Assembly: GCA_018714045.1 (NCBI GenBank)
Contig: DVNX01000036.1
Location: 1-60,968, forward strand
DNA length: 60,968 nt
Direction: 5' to 3'
Origin: Candidatus Ornithoclostridium faecavium
GTDB lineage: Bacteria; Bacillota; Clostridia; Christensenellales; UBA3700
Shown here: positions 37,783-47,997 of the stretch, piece after piece
Numbering within the stretch: the first letter of the stretch is position 1
How the letters are laid out: each line of letters starts with the position of its first letter
The notes under the pieces: generated by a model
The model's database searches: none
Told to the model about the DNA's origin: nothing
What the model saw: the letters and a program-made list of their open reading frames with translations, nothing else
Program-made: the position numbers and the translations under genes

Positions 37783-38616
37783 ATGATATTCAACAACAAA
37801 GTCCTGCTTGACGAGGCAAAGAAGGGCGGCTATGCCGTACCCGCATTCAACGTCGACAATCTCGAAAGCGTCATAGGAGTGCTCCGCGCGGCGGAGAAAA
37901 CCGGGCGCCCCGTTATTATCCAGACTATTCCGCGCACTCTTAAATACGGCGGTATCCCCGCATACAGCGCTCTCGTTCGCGCTCTTTACAAAGGAAATCC
38001 CGATATTTCGATACATCTCGATCACGGCGGCGACGTCGCGATATGCAAAGCCTGCATAGACGCAGGCTATACTTCGGTTATGATAGACGGCTCGGCGCTG
38101 TCTCTCGACGACAACGTCGCGCTTACGAAAGAAGTCGTCGATATTGCTCATCCCGAGGGCGTAAGTGTTGAAGGAGAGCTGGGCACGATAGGCGGCAAGG
38201 AAGAAACTGAAGCTGAAATCAAGTATACAGAGGTTTCCGAAGCGGTCGAATTCGTCGCGCGCACGGGCGTTGACAGCCTGGCTGTCGGCGTAGGCACCGC
38301 GCACGGAGTATACAAGGGCGTGCCGCATATCGCTGTCGACAGGATAGAGGAGATCGCGGCGGCGGTAGATATCCCGCTTGTTCTTCACGGCGCCAGCGGA
38401 CTTTCGGACGACGTGATAACCGCCTGTATAAAAGCGGGCATTTCAAAGATAAATTTCGCAACTCAGCTGAGACAGGCGTTTACGGAAGGGCTTAAACAAG
38501 GGCTGAAAGAAAATCCCGACGCTTTCGATCCCAAGGTATATCTTCCCAAAGCCGTCGAAAAGGTGGAAGAAGCGGCGGAAAAGATAATCTTACTTTGCAA
38601 CAAAACCGTCTTATAA
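37783..38616 (+). CDS. iolJ: Class II fructose-bisphosphate-type aldolase, 6-phospho-5-dehydro-2-deoxy-D-gluconate aldolase by context
   Basis: GYAVPAFNV.., IHLDHG and VLHGASG motifs. First gene of the iol operon. Start at the ATG at 37783. Confidence 0.8.
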   Translation: MIFNNKVLLDEAKKGGYAVPAFNVDNLESVIGVLRAAEKTGRPVIIQTIPRTLKYGGIPAYSALVRALYKGNPDISIHLDHGGDVAICKACIDAGYTSVMIDGSALSLDDNVALTKEVVDIAHPEGVSVEGELGTIGGKEETEAEIKYTEVSEAVEFVARTGVDSLAVGVGTAHGVYKGVPHIAVDRIEEIAAAVDIPLVLHGASGLSDDVITACIKAGISKINFATQLRQAFTEGLKQGLKENPDAFDPKVYLPKAVEKVEEAAEKIILLCNKTVL

Positions 38617-38654
38617 GGCGTTTACAAATCCCAATAAACAGGAGATCAAAATAC

Positions 38655-39671
38655 ATGCAATACGTTACTTTTGACGAAAGCAGAAAACTCGATCTGATAG
38701 CTGTCGGCAGGATCGCTATCGACTTTAACCCGCTCGACTATTTCAAAACTCTTGCGGGAAGTCAGCAGTACCGCAAATATCTGGGCGGTTCGCCCGCAAA
38801 CGTAGCGGTTGGTCTGGCAAGACTGGGCAAGAAGGTCGGATTTATCGCAAGAGTATCCGACGACCGTTTCGGCGATTACGTGGTCGACTTTTTCAAGGAC
38901 GAAGGGATCGACGTATCGCATATAAAGAGAGCGGAGCACGGTGAAAAACTGGGGCTTACGTTTACTGAAATTCTTTCTCCGACAGAAAGCAGCATACTTA
39001 TGTACCGCGAAGGGGTAGCCGATCTTTCGCTCGACCCCGCGGACGTGGACGAAGAATATATCAAAAGCGCGAAGGCGCTCCTTATCAGCGGTACCGCGCT
39101 TGCGCAGAGTCCGTCGAGAGAAGCGTGCCTCAAAGCCGTGCAGCTTGCTGAAAAAGTCGGCACGAAGATAATTTTCGATATCGACTACCGCGAATACAAC
39201 TGGAAGAGCAAGGACGAGATCGCCGTATATTATACGGCTGTCGCGGAACACAGCGACATAATCATGGGCTCGAGAGAGGAATACGACCTGACTCAGGCGA
39301 TATTCGCACCAGGGATCGACGACGAAGAGACGGCGGCTTACTGGTTTAAAAAGCGCGCTAAAATCGTGATAATAAAACACGGCAAAAAGGGAAGCACCGC
39401 GCATACCTCGGACGGTCAGAAATACAATATAAAGCCTTTCCCCGTAAAGGCGTTCAAGTCTTTCGGCGGCGGCGACGGTTACGGCAGCGCGTTCCTTTGC
39501 TACCTGTTTGACGGCGCGGATATCATGGATTGCCTGGAGCACGGCTCGGCTTCTGCGTCCATGCTGGTATCCGCTCACGGTTGCAGCGAGTTCATGCCGA
39601 CAAAGGAAGAACTTGAAAAATTCATCGAAGCCGAAAAGAAGGAATACGGTGAGATGATAGCAAGAGAATAA
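38655..39671 (+). CDS. iolC: 5-dehydro-2-deoxygluconokinase (PfkB family)
   Basis: PfkB motifs (GGSPANVAVGLARLG, GGGDGYGSAF) in iol context. Start at the ATG at 38655 behind AGGAGA. Confidence 0.85.
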   Translation: MQYVTFDESRKLDLIAVGRIAIDFNPLDYFKTLAGSQQYRKYLGGSPANVAVGLARLGKKVGFIARVSDDRFGDYVVDFFKDEGIDVSHIKRAEHGEKLGLTFTEILSPTESSILMYREGVADLSLDPADVDEEYIKSAKALLISGTALAQSPSREACLKAVQLAEKVGTKIIFDIDYREYNWKSKDEIAVYYTAVAEHSDIIMGSREEYDLTQAIFAPGIDDEETAAYWFKKRAKIVIIKHGKKGSTAHTSDGQKYNIKPFPVKAFKSFGGGDGYGSAFLCYLFDGADIMDCLEHGSASASMLVSAHGCSEFMPTKEELEKFIEAEKKEYGEMIARE

Positions 39672-39714
39672 GCTATTAACATACACGGGCAGGAAAATTT
39701 CAGGGAGGAAAAAT

Positions 39715-40485
39715 ATGTCTTTCGGATATCCTAAGTTCAATAAAGACGGCGTAAAGACGCTGACGAGGATAGGCGGCAAAAACAAAGAGATGATGATGGA
39801 TATACTCGTCGTCAGGATAAAGGCGGGCGATACTAAGACCTTTGCCGAAAAGGACAAGGAAATGTGCGTGCTGCTTACAGAGGGCGAAGTCGTTATGAAA
39901 TGCGGCGACCTCACGGGAAGCGGAGAGAGAAGCGGCGTTTTCGACGATATGCCGATAACGATGCACGTATGCAAGGGCAACACGCTGACCGTCGAAGCGA
40001 AAAAAGACAGCGAGATAATCTACCTCGCGGCTGAAAACGACAGGACTTTCCCCGCTAAGTTCTACGACAAGAGCGACGTTATAAGAAGCGTATCGTGCGA
40101 AGGACTGTGGGAAAATACCGCGGTAAGAGACGTCAACACCGTGTTCGACTATTCCAACGCGCCTTACTCCAACCTTGTCGTGGGCGAAGTCATAGCGAGA
40201 CAGGGCAGATGGTGGAGTTATCTTCCGCACAGCCATCCGCAACCCGAGGTCTATTATTACAAGATGACTACGCCCGAAGCGTTCGGCGCCTGCTTTATCG
40301 GAGAGATGGAGCCGCATACGGTAGTTGACGGCTCGGTCGGTTGTTTCCCCGGCGGCAAGACGCACGTACAGGTCACCGCGCCCGGATATCCTATGTATTG
40401 CTGCTGGATGATAAGGCACCTTGACGGAAACCCGTGGGATAAGACGAGAATAGTAGACCCCAGATACGAATACTGGGAGAAATAA
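39715..40485 (+). CDS. iolB: 5-deoxy-glucuronate isomerase
   Basis: Cupin with the IolB-typical RWWSYLPHSHPQPEVYYY segment. Confidence 0.85.
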   Translation: MSFGYPKFNKDGVKTLTRIGGKNKEMMMDILVVRIKAGDTKTFAEKDKEMCVLLTEGEVVMKCGDLTGSGERSGVFDDMPITMHVCKGNTLTVEAKKDSEIIYLAAENDRTFPAKFYDKSDVIRSVSCEGLWENTAVRDVNTVFDYSNAPYSNLVVGEVIARQGRWWSYLPHSHPQPEVYYYKMTTPEAFGACFIGEMEPHTVVDGSVGCFPGGKTHVQVTAPGYPMYCCWMIRHLDGNPWDKTRIVDPRYEYWEK

Positions 40486-40503
40486 AAGAGCGGAGAGGGA
40501 ATT

Positions 40504-42426
40504 ATGAGCAAGACAGAGAGAATAAGTGTCGGCGAGGCGATCGTCAGATTTCTTGACAATCAGTACGTAGAACTCGACGGAAAACAGACTAAATTCGTCG
40601 AAGGTTTCTTTACTATTTTCGGTCACGGCTGCGTGCTGGGCGTGGGCGAAGCGCTTTCGATGACAAAACACGGCATAAAGGTCTATCAGGGAAAGAACGA
40701 ACAGGGTATGGCTCAGGTCGCCACCGCGTTTGCCAAGCAGAGCAACAGAAGAAGGATAATCCCCTGTATTTCCTCGATAGGACCGGGTGCGGCTAATATG
40801 GTCACCGCGGCCGGTACGGCTACTGCCAACAATATACCGCTTTTGCTGTTCATGGGCGACACTTTCGCGACCCGTCAGCCCGACCCCGTGCTTCAGCAGA
40901 TAGAACACGAATACGATCCGACTATCACGACCAACGATGCGTTTAAGGCGGTCACCAGGTATTTCGACAGGATAACGAGACCCGAAATGATAATGACCGC
41001 TCTGATAAACGCGATGAGAGTGCTTCTCGATCCCGCGAGGACGGGAGCGGTCGCTATCGCGCTTCCGCAGGACGTGCAGGGCGAATGTTACGACTATCCG
41101 ACCGAATTTTTCAAAAAGAGAGTTCACCGCATAGTCCGTCCGACCCCTGCGCCCGAACAGCTCAGGGACGTCGCGGACGTTATCAGGGGCGCTAAAAAGC
41201 CTATGCTTATCGTAGGCGGCGGCGTAAAGTACAGCGAGGCTGGCGAAGAGGTCGCGAAGTTCTGCGAGAAGTTCAATATCCCATTCGGCGAAACGCAGGC
41301 GGGTAAGAGCGCGATACCTTCTTCTCATCCGCTCAACCTCGGCGGCGTGGGCGCTACTGGCAACCTTGCGGCGAACACGATAGCTTCTAAGGCGGATGTC
41401 ATCATAGCTGTAGGCACCAGATTCACCGACTTTACGACCGCATCCAAATCCCTTTTCGCAAAAGCTCAGGTAGTTACGATAAACGCGTCCGAATTTCATG
41501 CGGGCAAGCTGGAAGCGGTAAAGGCGGTAGGCGACGCAAAGAGCGGAATAGTCGCCCTCGGAAAACTTCTGGAAGGTTACAGGAGCGCTTATAACGGAGA
41601 GATAGCGGCGGCGAAAGCTGCGTGGGATAAGGAAATGAAGAGGCTTACTTCTGTCGAAATAGACGGAAAGTATAAGCCGGAGATCGACTCTCATACCCCA
41701 GACGCGGTAGACGCGTTTATAAAGGCGCACGGCGGCGCGATGGCGCAGACGACTGCTATCGGCATTATAAGAGAAAATATCCCCGCGGACGCTATTATCG
41801 TCGGCTCTTCAGGAAGCCTTCCAGGCGACTTGCAGAGAATGTGGACGACAGACTGCGTGGACAGCTACAATATGGAATACGGCTATTCGTGCATGGGTTA
41901 CGAGATAGCGGGCGCTCTCGGCGCGAAGATGGCAAATCCCGACCGCGAGGTGTACGCTATGGTCGGCGACGGCAGCTATCTCATGCTGCATACCGAAATG
42001 GTCACCGCGGTGCAGGAAGGCATAAAGATGAACGTTATCGTATTCGACAACGCGTCTTTCGGCTGTATCAACAACCTTCAGATGGAGCAGGGAATCGACA
42101 GCCTTTGTACTGAGCTGCGTTATCGCAAGGGCAACAAGCCGATAAGAGAGGGTAAGTTCCTCAATATCGACTTTGCGATGAACGCGCGTTCTTACGGATT
42201 TGTCGCTTATACGGTCAGGAATGCGGAAGAGCTTAAAGAGGCTATCGCTGACAGCCTTAAGCAGACCCGTCCGACTCTTATCGACATCAAGGTCGCGCCA
42301 AAGTCTATGACTCACGGTTACGAAAGCTGGTGGAACGTCGGCGTAACGCACAATCCGCACGGCGAAAAGAGCGCAAAAGCTCTCGAAAACCGCAATAAGA
42401 TGCTTGAAAAAGCGAGAAAATACTGA
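40504..42426 (+). CDS. iolD: 3D-(3,5/4)-trihydroxycyclohexane-1,2-dione acylhydrolase (ThDP enzyme)
   Basis: 640-aa ThDP family ([11 protein letters not shown]) with an IolD-typical N-terminus. Confidence 0.88.
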   Translation: MSKTERISVGEAIVRFLDNQYVELDGKQTKFVEGFFTIFGHGCVLGVGEALSMTKHGIKVYQGKNEQGMAQVATAFAKQSNRRRIIPCISSIGPGAANMVTAAGTATANNIPLLLFMGDTFATRQPDPVLQQIEHEYDPTITTNDAFKAVTRYFDRITRPEMIMTALINAMRVLLDPARTGAVAIALPQDVQGECYDYPTEFFKKRVHRIVRPTPAPEQLRDVADVIRGAKKPMLIVGGGVKYSEAGEEVAKFCEKFNIPFGETQAGKSAIPSSHPLNLGGVGATGNLAANTIASKADVIIAVGTRFTDFTTASKSLFAKAQVVTINASEFHAGKLEAVKAVGDAKSGIVALGKLLEGYRSAYNGEIAAAKAAWDKEMKRLTSVEIDGKYKPEIDSHTPDAVDAFIKAHGGAMAQTTAIGIIRENIPADAIIVGSSGSLPGDLQRMWTTDCVDSYNMEYGYSCMGYEIAGALGAKMANPDREVYAMVGDGSYLMLHTEMVTAVQEGIKMNVIVFDNASFGCINNLQMEQGIDSLCTELRYRKGNKPIREGKFLNIDFAMNARSYGFVAYTVRNAEELKEAIADSLKQTRPTLIDIKVAPKSMTHGYESWWNVGVTHNPHGEKSAKALENRNKMLEKARKY

Positions 42427-42446
42427 TATTTTCAAGAGGAAAAATT

Positions 42447-43340
42447 ATGAGAAAAGAAGACGTTAAACTCGGCATAGCTCCTATCGCCTGGACAAACGAC
42501 GATATGCCCGACCTCGGAGCGGAAAACACTTTCGAACAATGCGTCAGCGAGATGGCACTCGCGGGCTTTACGGGCTGCGAAGTGGGAAACAAATATCCAA
42601 AAGATCCCGCAGTACTCAAAGCGGCTCTCGACCTCAGAGGACTTACGATAGCAAATCAATGGTTTTCTTCTTTCGTGCTTTCTAAGCCTATGGAAGAGGT
42701 TGAAAAGGACTTTATCGCGCAATGCAAGTTCCTTAAGGCGGTCGGTGCGGACACTATCGGCGCGTCCGAACAGAGTTACAGCATACAGGGACAGATGCAC
42801 ACCCCCGTATTCGAATGTAAATACGTGATGGTGCAAAAAGAGTGGGAGCGTTTCGCCAAAGGCATGAACAGACTGGGCGAGATAGCCGACTCTATGGGCA
42901 TGAAGCTCGTTTACCATCATCATATGGGCACGGTAGTGCAGACAGCGGCGGAAATCGATAAGATGATGGATATGACCGATCCCGACAAATTCTCTCTTCT
43001 GTTCGACAGCGGTCACCTGGCGTACTGCGGAGAGGACTATGTCGAAGTGCTGAAAAAACACGTAAAGAGAGTGAAACACGTTCATCTTAAGGATATAAGA
43101 CCCGACGTCGTAAAAAAGGTAAAGGACGAAAAGCTGTCCTTTCTGCAAGGAGTAAGGACGGGCGCGTTTACCGTCCCCGGCGACGGCTGTATCGACTTTG
43201 CGCCTATATTCGATATCCTCGACGCCGCGGGCTACAAGGGCTGGATGATAGTGGAAGCGGAGCAGGATCCCGCAAAGGCAAATCCTCTCGAATACGCTCT
43301 GAAGGCAAGAGAATATATAAGAAAAACCGCAAAAATCTGA
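42447..43340 (+). CDS. iolE: Inosose dehydratase (xylose isomerase-like TIM barrel)
   Basis: [20 protein letters not shown]-terminus typical of IolE. Confidence 0.88.
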   Translation: MRKEDVKLGIAPIAWTNDDMPDLGAENTFEQCVSEMALAGFTGCEVGNKYPKDPAVLKAALDLRGLTIANQWFSSFVLSKPMEEVEKDFIAQCKFLKAVGADTIGASEQSYSIQGQMHTPVFECKYVMVQKEWERFAKGMNRLGEIADSMGMKLVYHHHMGTVVQTAAEIDKMMDMTDPDKFSLLFDSGHLAYCGEDYVEVLKKHVKRVKHVHLKDIRPDVVKKVKDEKLSFLQGVRTGAFTVPGDGCIDFAPIFDILDAAGYKGWMIVEAEQDPAKANPLEYALKAREYIRKTAKI

Positions 43341-43371
43341 AATACAAATCTAAGAATATAAGGAGAAATTT

Positions 43372-44880
43372 ATGGCAATCAAGACTTTGGGTTACTTTAC
43401 CAACAACGAGTTTGTACAGTCTACGACCGACAAGTTCTATCCCGTTTACAATCCGTCAACAGGCGAACAGATAGCTCAGATGCCCCGTTGCACGACCGCG
43501 GAGGTCGCTAAGGTCATCGACAACGCGCACGAAGCGTATAAGAAATGGTCGCGCGTGCCCGTCATCAAAAGAGTTCAGATACTTTACAAGGTCAGGGAAC
43601 TGCTCATCGAGCATATGGACGAGTTGACCGAACTGTGCGCTACCGAGCACGGAAAGAACCTCGACGAGAGCAAGGGCGATATACTCAAGGCGAAAGAGGG
43701 AACAGAGCTGGCTTGCTCTATGCCGTCGCTTCTTCAGGGCGAAAGTCTTATGGACGCGTCAAGCGGTTACGACACGGTGCTGTACCGCATGCCTCTCGGC
43801 GTATTCGCGGGTATTTCTCCGTTCAACTTCCCCGCGATGATTCCGATGGGCTGGATGACTCCCGTGTGTATCGCGTGCGGCAATACGATAGTACTCAAGG
43901 TCGCGGGCGCAACGCCTATGACATCTCTCAGGATAGCGGAACTCTATCGCGAAGCGGGTCTCCCCGACGGCGTTCTGAATATCGTCAGCTGTGACAGGAA
44001 CGATACGCAGGAGCTTATCTCCAACGATAAGATAGTCGGCGTATCCTTCGTCGGTTCGACTAAGGTCGGAAGATATATCTACGAGACCGTGGCGAAGTAC
44101 GGCAAGAGAGTGCAGTGTCTTTGCGAAGCGAAGAACCACGCTCTCGTCCTCGAAGACGCGGCTCTCGACAGAACTGCGGCAGGCATAATCAACGCGACTT
44201 ACGGCTGTGCGGGCGAAAGATGTATGGCTCTGCCCGTCGTCGTAGTGCAGGAAAGCATTGCGGACAAACTTGTCGCAAAACTCGTGGAACTGGCTAAACA
44301 GGTAAAGGTAGGTCCCGCGTACGACAAGGACACCAAACTGGGACCCGTTTACAGCGCAGAGCATAAAAAGAGCGTCTGCGACTGGATACAGAAGGGTATC
44401 GACGAGGGCGCAAAGCTCGTTCTCGACGGCAGAGACGTAAAGGTCAAAGGCTACGAGAACGGTTTCTATGTGGGGCCCACCATTCTCGATAACGTTACTC
44501 CCGAAATGACGGTGGGACAGAGAGAGATCTTCGGACCCGTCCTGTGCGTAAAGAGAGTAAAAGATTTCGAAGAAGGTCTCGCGGTAATGAATGCGAACCC
44601 GTTCGCGAACGGCTCTGTCATCTATACTCAGAACGGCTACTATGCGCGCGAGTTCGTACGCTATACGGACGGCGGCATGGTCGGCGTAAACGTAGGTATC
44701 CCCGTACCTGTCGGATTCTTCTCATTTACGGGACACAAGCAGTCTTTCTTCGGCGATCTGCATTGCCTGGGAAGAGACAGCTTCAAGTTCTTTACAGACA
44801 GCAAGACGGTCACGACCCACTGGTTCGACGAGCACGAAAAGAAACAGACCAGCGTTTCCACCTGGGACGGTACGATCTGA
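43372..44880 (+). CDS. iolA: Methylmalonate/malonate-semialdehyde dehydrogenase (CoA-acylating)
   Basis: ALDH superfamily with the catalytic Cys context GERCMA; MmsA-type length. Confidence 0.88.
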   Translation: MAIKTLGYFTNNEFVQSTTDKFYPVYNPSTGEQIAQMPRCTTAEVAKVIDNAHEAYKKWSRVPVIKRVQILYKVRELLIEHMDELTELCATEHGKNLDESKGDILKAKEGTELACSMPSLLQGESLMDASSGYDTVLYRMPLGVFAGISPFNFPAMIPMGWMTPVCIACGNTIVLKVAGATPMTSLRIAELYREAGLPDGVLNIVSCDRNDTQELISNDKIVGVSFVGSTKVGRYIYETVAKYGKRVQCLCEAKNHALVLEDAALDRTAAGIINATYGCAGERCMALPVVVVQESIADKLVAKLVELAKQVKVGPAYDKDTKLGPVYSAEHKKSVCDWIQKGIDEGAKLVLDGRDVKVKGYENGFYVGPTILDNVTPEMTVGQREIFGPVLCVKRVKDFEEGLAVMNANPFANGSVIYTQNGYYAREFVRYTDGGMVGVNVGIPVPVGFFSFTGHKQSFFGDLHCLGRDSFKFFTDSKTVTTHWFDEHEKKQTSVSTWDGTI

Positions 44881-44914
44881 TAAATCGATATACAAATAAT
44901 ATAGAGGGTAAATT

Positions 44915-45928
44915 ATGTTGAAAATAGGAATAATCGGCGCAGGCAGAATAGGCAAAGTTCACTGCGAATCCATTATGTGTTACGTCAAAGGCGCTACGGT
45001 AAAGACCGTTGCGGATCCGTTCATGAACGACGATACCGCCGCATGGCTGAAGAACATGGGCGTTGAAAATACGACGAAGGATTACAAAGAGATCCTTGCG
45101 GACAAGGAGATAGACGCCGTTCTCATCTGTTCTTCCACGGATACGCATTCCCCGATATCCATAGAGGCGATAAAGGCGGGAAAGCACGTGTTCTGCGAAA
45201 AGCCCGTAGATCACGATATCGGGAAGATACTTGAGGTCAAAGAAGCGCTCAAGGGAAGCAAAGTCAAATACCAGGTCGGTTTCAACCGTCGTTTCGATCA
45301 CAATTTCGCGGCGGTAAGAGAAGCGGTCAAGGCGGGCAGGATAGGCGCGCTCAACGTGCTTAAAATATGCTCGCGCGACCCCGCGGCTCCTCCCGTATCC
45401 TATATCAAGGTCAGCGGAGGCATCTTCCTCGATATGACGATACACGATTTCGATATGGTCAGATTCCTGTCGGGAGACGAGGTCGAGAGCGTATTCGCGA
45501 TGGGCGGCGTAATGGTCGACCCCGAAATAGGCAAGGCGGGGGATATCGACACCGCTGTCATCACGATGAGACTCAGGAGCGGCGCGTTGGCGGTCATCGA
45601 CAACTGCCGTCGCGCGACATACGGTTACGACCAGAGAGCGGAAGCGTTCGGCGAGCTGGGTCAGGTCGCTATCTCCAACGACTGCGCGTCCAACGCGGTG
45701 ATATCCGATGCAAACGGCGTGACGGGCGAAAAGCCGCTGCTTTTCTTCCTTGAAAGATATATGCAGGCATACGTAAACGAGGTCAACTGCTTCATAGACA
45801 GTATTGTCAACGATAAGCCCGTGACGGTAGGTATCGAAGACGGTCTGCAGGCGGTCGTCATAGGCGTTGCGGCTAAAAAATCTCTCGAAGAGGGCAGACC
45901 CGTAAAGCTGAGCGAGATCAGGGCTTAA
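44915..45928 (+). CDS. iolG: myo-Inositol 2-dehydrogenase (Gfo/Idh/MocA family)
   Basis: IGIIGAGRIGKVH Rossmann motif, EKP motif, iol context. Confidence 0.85.
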   Translation: MLKIGIIGAGRIGKVHCESIMCYVKGATVKTVADPFMNDDTAAWLKNMGVENTTKDYKEILADKEIDAVLICSSTDTHSPISIEAIKAGKHVFCEKPVDHDIGKILEVKEALKGSKVKYQVGFNRRFDHNFAAVREAVKAGRIGALNVLKICSRDPAAPPVSYIKVSGGIFLDMTIHDFDMVRFLSGDEVESVFAMGGVMVDPEIGKAGDIDTAVITMRLRSGALAVIDNCRRATYGYDQRAEAFGELGQVAISNDCASNAVISDANGVTGEKPLLFFLERYMQAYVNEVNCFIDSIVNDKPVTVGIEDGLQAVVIGVAAKKSLEEGRPVKLSEIRA

Positions 45929-46001
45929 AGTCCGATACATTAAGATATCGGTATATCTGAGATATCAACGTTCGCGCGTTTTTGCGCGCTGATAAAAAAA
46001 G

Positions 46002-46029
46002 TCCCGACCGGAAGGTCGGGATATTTTTT
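46002..46029. terminator. Bidirectional terminator between the convergent iol operon and the beta-helix gene
   Basis: TCCCGACC-ggaa-GGTCGGGA perfect 8-bp stem flanked by A7 and T6. Confidence 0.85.
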
Positions 46030-46092
46030 AAGTTGAAGTATTGAGTTAGTTTTTATATTTTCTTTGCGTTTTTCGCGATAAGTATCGCGTTT

Positions 46093-47718
46093 TTAATATC
46101 TTATCTCGTAATCCTTTATTTTCGATGACAGACAGAAAGCGGTGCTTCCGACGTATTTTTCGTCGTCGCATACGTTCTTTGAATCGAATTCGACTTCGCG
46201 CGTATGCTTTATATCGTAAAGAGTTTTTTCGCTTTCGGTAAAGTAGTTATCGCTTATCGATACGCTTTCTGCAAAGTCGCATACGTTTTCCGGAACGGTC
46301 GGGTCAACGCAGATTATCGGGGAGTTGCAGTCTGAGAAGCGGTTTTCGGCTATCGTGATATTGCCCACGCGTCCCGCTACGAAATCCGATTTAGCGTCGC
46401 CGCCGATATATATCGTGCTTTTTGTCACCTTTTTGAAGTTGTTGAATCTGAGCGTATGGTTGCCCGCAGAGTTTATGCAGACAGCCTTGTTCGGAACGTC
46501 GTAAAGAGTGTTGTTTTCGAATATGAGATCTGCGCCGTTCGCACTTTCGTTTTCAAGCACTTTTCCAACCGCGTCCTGCGGTACCTCGCCTTCGAACGTC
46601 ACGTTGAAAAGGTCGGGATTTATTTTATCGACCGCGCATTTTACCGCTTTGTATCTGCCGTAAGCTGTCAGACTTTCGGTTTCTGTAACGGCGAGAACGT
46701 CGCCGCGCTTGCAGAAGGGTATGCCGTAATATTTCGCATTTGCATACGCGCAGGCGAGCGTGTGGTCGTCAAGTCTGCCGTTTATCCTCGCGTACTGCGC
46801 GCCCATGTTGACGATCTTGCCCAGACAACCGCAGAAATAGCAGTTCTTTACCGATACCGTGCCTGAACATTCGAAGAAATCGAACACATTGCCCGTGCAC
46901 GCAACGCTCTGCGAGGTCTTGGGACGGACGTCGAGTTTTTCTATCGTAACGTTTTCGCAGAACTGCGCCACGATACCCTGAGTGTGCATATATTTGACGT
47001 TGCAGCTGTCGAGGGTAACGTTTTTGCAGTTGTCGAATACGAATCCCGCCTCGTCGCGGATATTCGTGCGGTAAGAGTATGAGTAGCCGTTTTTGAGCGG
47101 GCAAAGCGATTTGAATGAAAGTTTTACCGTCTGGTTCACTCCGTCGTCGGAAAGTATATCCAGTTTTGTTACTTTGGAGAATATATCCGCAGGATCTTTT
47201 CCTATTGTGAACACAGCGTTGCGGTCGGCGTCGAGCGCGCGCATATATGTAATGCCTTTGCCGTCCACGGCTATCTTTGTATTGCCGCATTTTATATCGA
47301 AAGTCGAATCGTCTATCTTTTCGACTCGGGTATTGGGCGCGAACTGTACGTTTGCGGACGTAAGCCCCGTCTTCATTACGGTGAATTCGGGACAGCAGGG
47401 GGTCTCGATATCGAAAGTAAAGTTTTTCAGGGTGACGTTTTCGCAGTTCTCAAGGTATGCGAAAGAGCCTTTGTCCGTCAAAAGTACTCTTGAACCGTTG
47501 CCGTCGACTGTAACGTTTTTAAGGTCTTTCATCACGATGGCGAAATGTCTCGTCTGGCTGTCTTTGGTATGCGGAGAAGAGTTCGCCACATAGCCGGTAA
47601 CGCTTTTGAGCTTGTCCGAGCCGAGAGAAAACAGGTATCTGCTCTGCGACGTATAGCAGCCGTCGTTCTGAAGAACGTCAAAGACCGAAAAAGAACTGAA
47701 CTTATAATTTTTTTGCAT
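46093..47718 (-). CDS. Right-handed parallel beta-helix repeat protein, cytoplasmic, Cys-rich; possible glycoside hydrolase or lyase
   Basis: Periodic N-V-T-L/I-x-N-C-x-F repeats (ENCENVTLKNFTF, DNCKNVTLDSCNV, CENVTIEKLDV..). No signal peptide. Confidence 0.65.
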   Translation of the reverse strand: MQKNYKFSSFSVFDVLQNDGCYTSQSRYLFSLGSDKLKSVTGYVANSSPHTKDSQTRHFAIVMKDLKNVTVDGNGSRVLLTDKGSFAYLENCENVTLKNFTFDIETPCCPEFTVMKTGLTSANVQFAPNTRVEKIDDSTFDIKCGNTKIAVDGKGITYMRALDADRNAVFTIGKDPADIFSKVTKLDILSDDGVNQTVKLSFKSLCPLKNGYSYSYRTNIRDEAGFVFDNCKNVTLDSCNVKYMHTQGIVAQFCENVTIEKLDVRPKTSQSVACTGNVFDFFECSGTVSVKNCYFCGCLGKIVNMGAQYARINGRLDDHTLACAYANAKYYGIPFCKRGDVLAVTETESLTAYGRYKAVKCAVDKINPDLFNVTFEGEVPQDAVGKVLENESANGADLIFENNTLYDVPNKAVCINSAGNHTLRFNNFKKVTKSTIYIGGDAKSDFVAGRVGNITIAENRFSDCNSPIICVDPTVPENVCDFAESVSISDNYFTESEKTLYDIKHTREVEFDSKNVCDDEKYVGSTAFCLSSKIKDYEIRY

Positions 47719-47940
47719 AATAGACCTTTAAAATAGTTGATTATCTACACGGGTACGGAAATTTTGTAGTTTTCGGCTCTCCCGTTCCGACAGTACCGCG
47801 ACGCTTCTTTCAAGCCTTTCGCGTTGCCGTTCGGGCTTGCTGATGCACGGTCTTTCTCCGACTCCGTATAATTATTCTCTCATTTCGGACGAAAATTGTC
47901 AAGATAATTGTATTCCTCACATTCGGTGAAAAAACTGGTG

Positions 47941-47969
47941 TTGACCGTCGCTCTTAAAGGGATTAAAAT
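47941..47969 (+). promoter_or_regulatory. Sigma-A-like promoter
   Basis: TTGACC, 17-nt spacer, TAAAAT. Confidence 0.5.
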
Positions 47970-47997
47970 ATTAATACAAGGTAAGGGAGGCGAAAAA

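Noticed and set aside
39700-41730. 676-aa minus-strand ORF; also 38646-39983 (445 aa) and 44810-45940 (376 aa)
   Set aside because: These are antisense shadows of iolB/iolD, iolC and iolG, in the same frame relation as the others. The iol genes are unambiguous.
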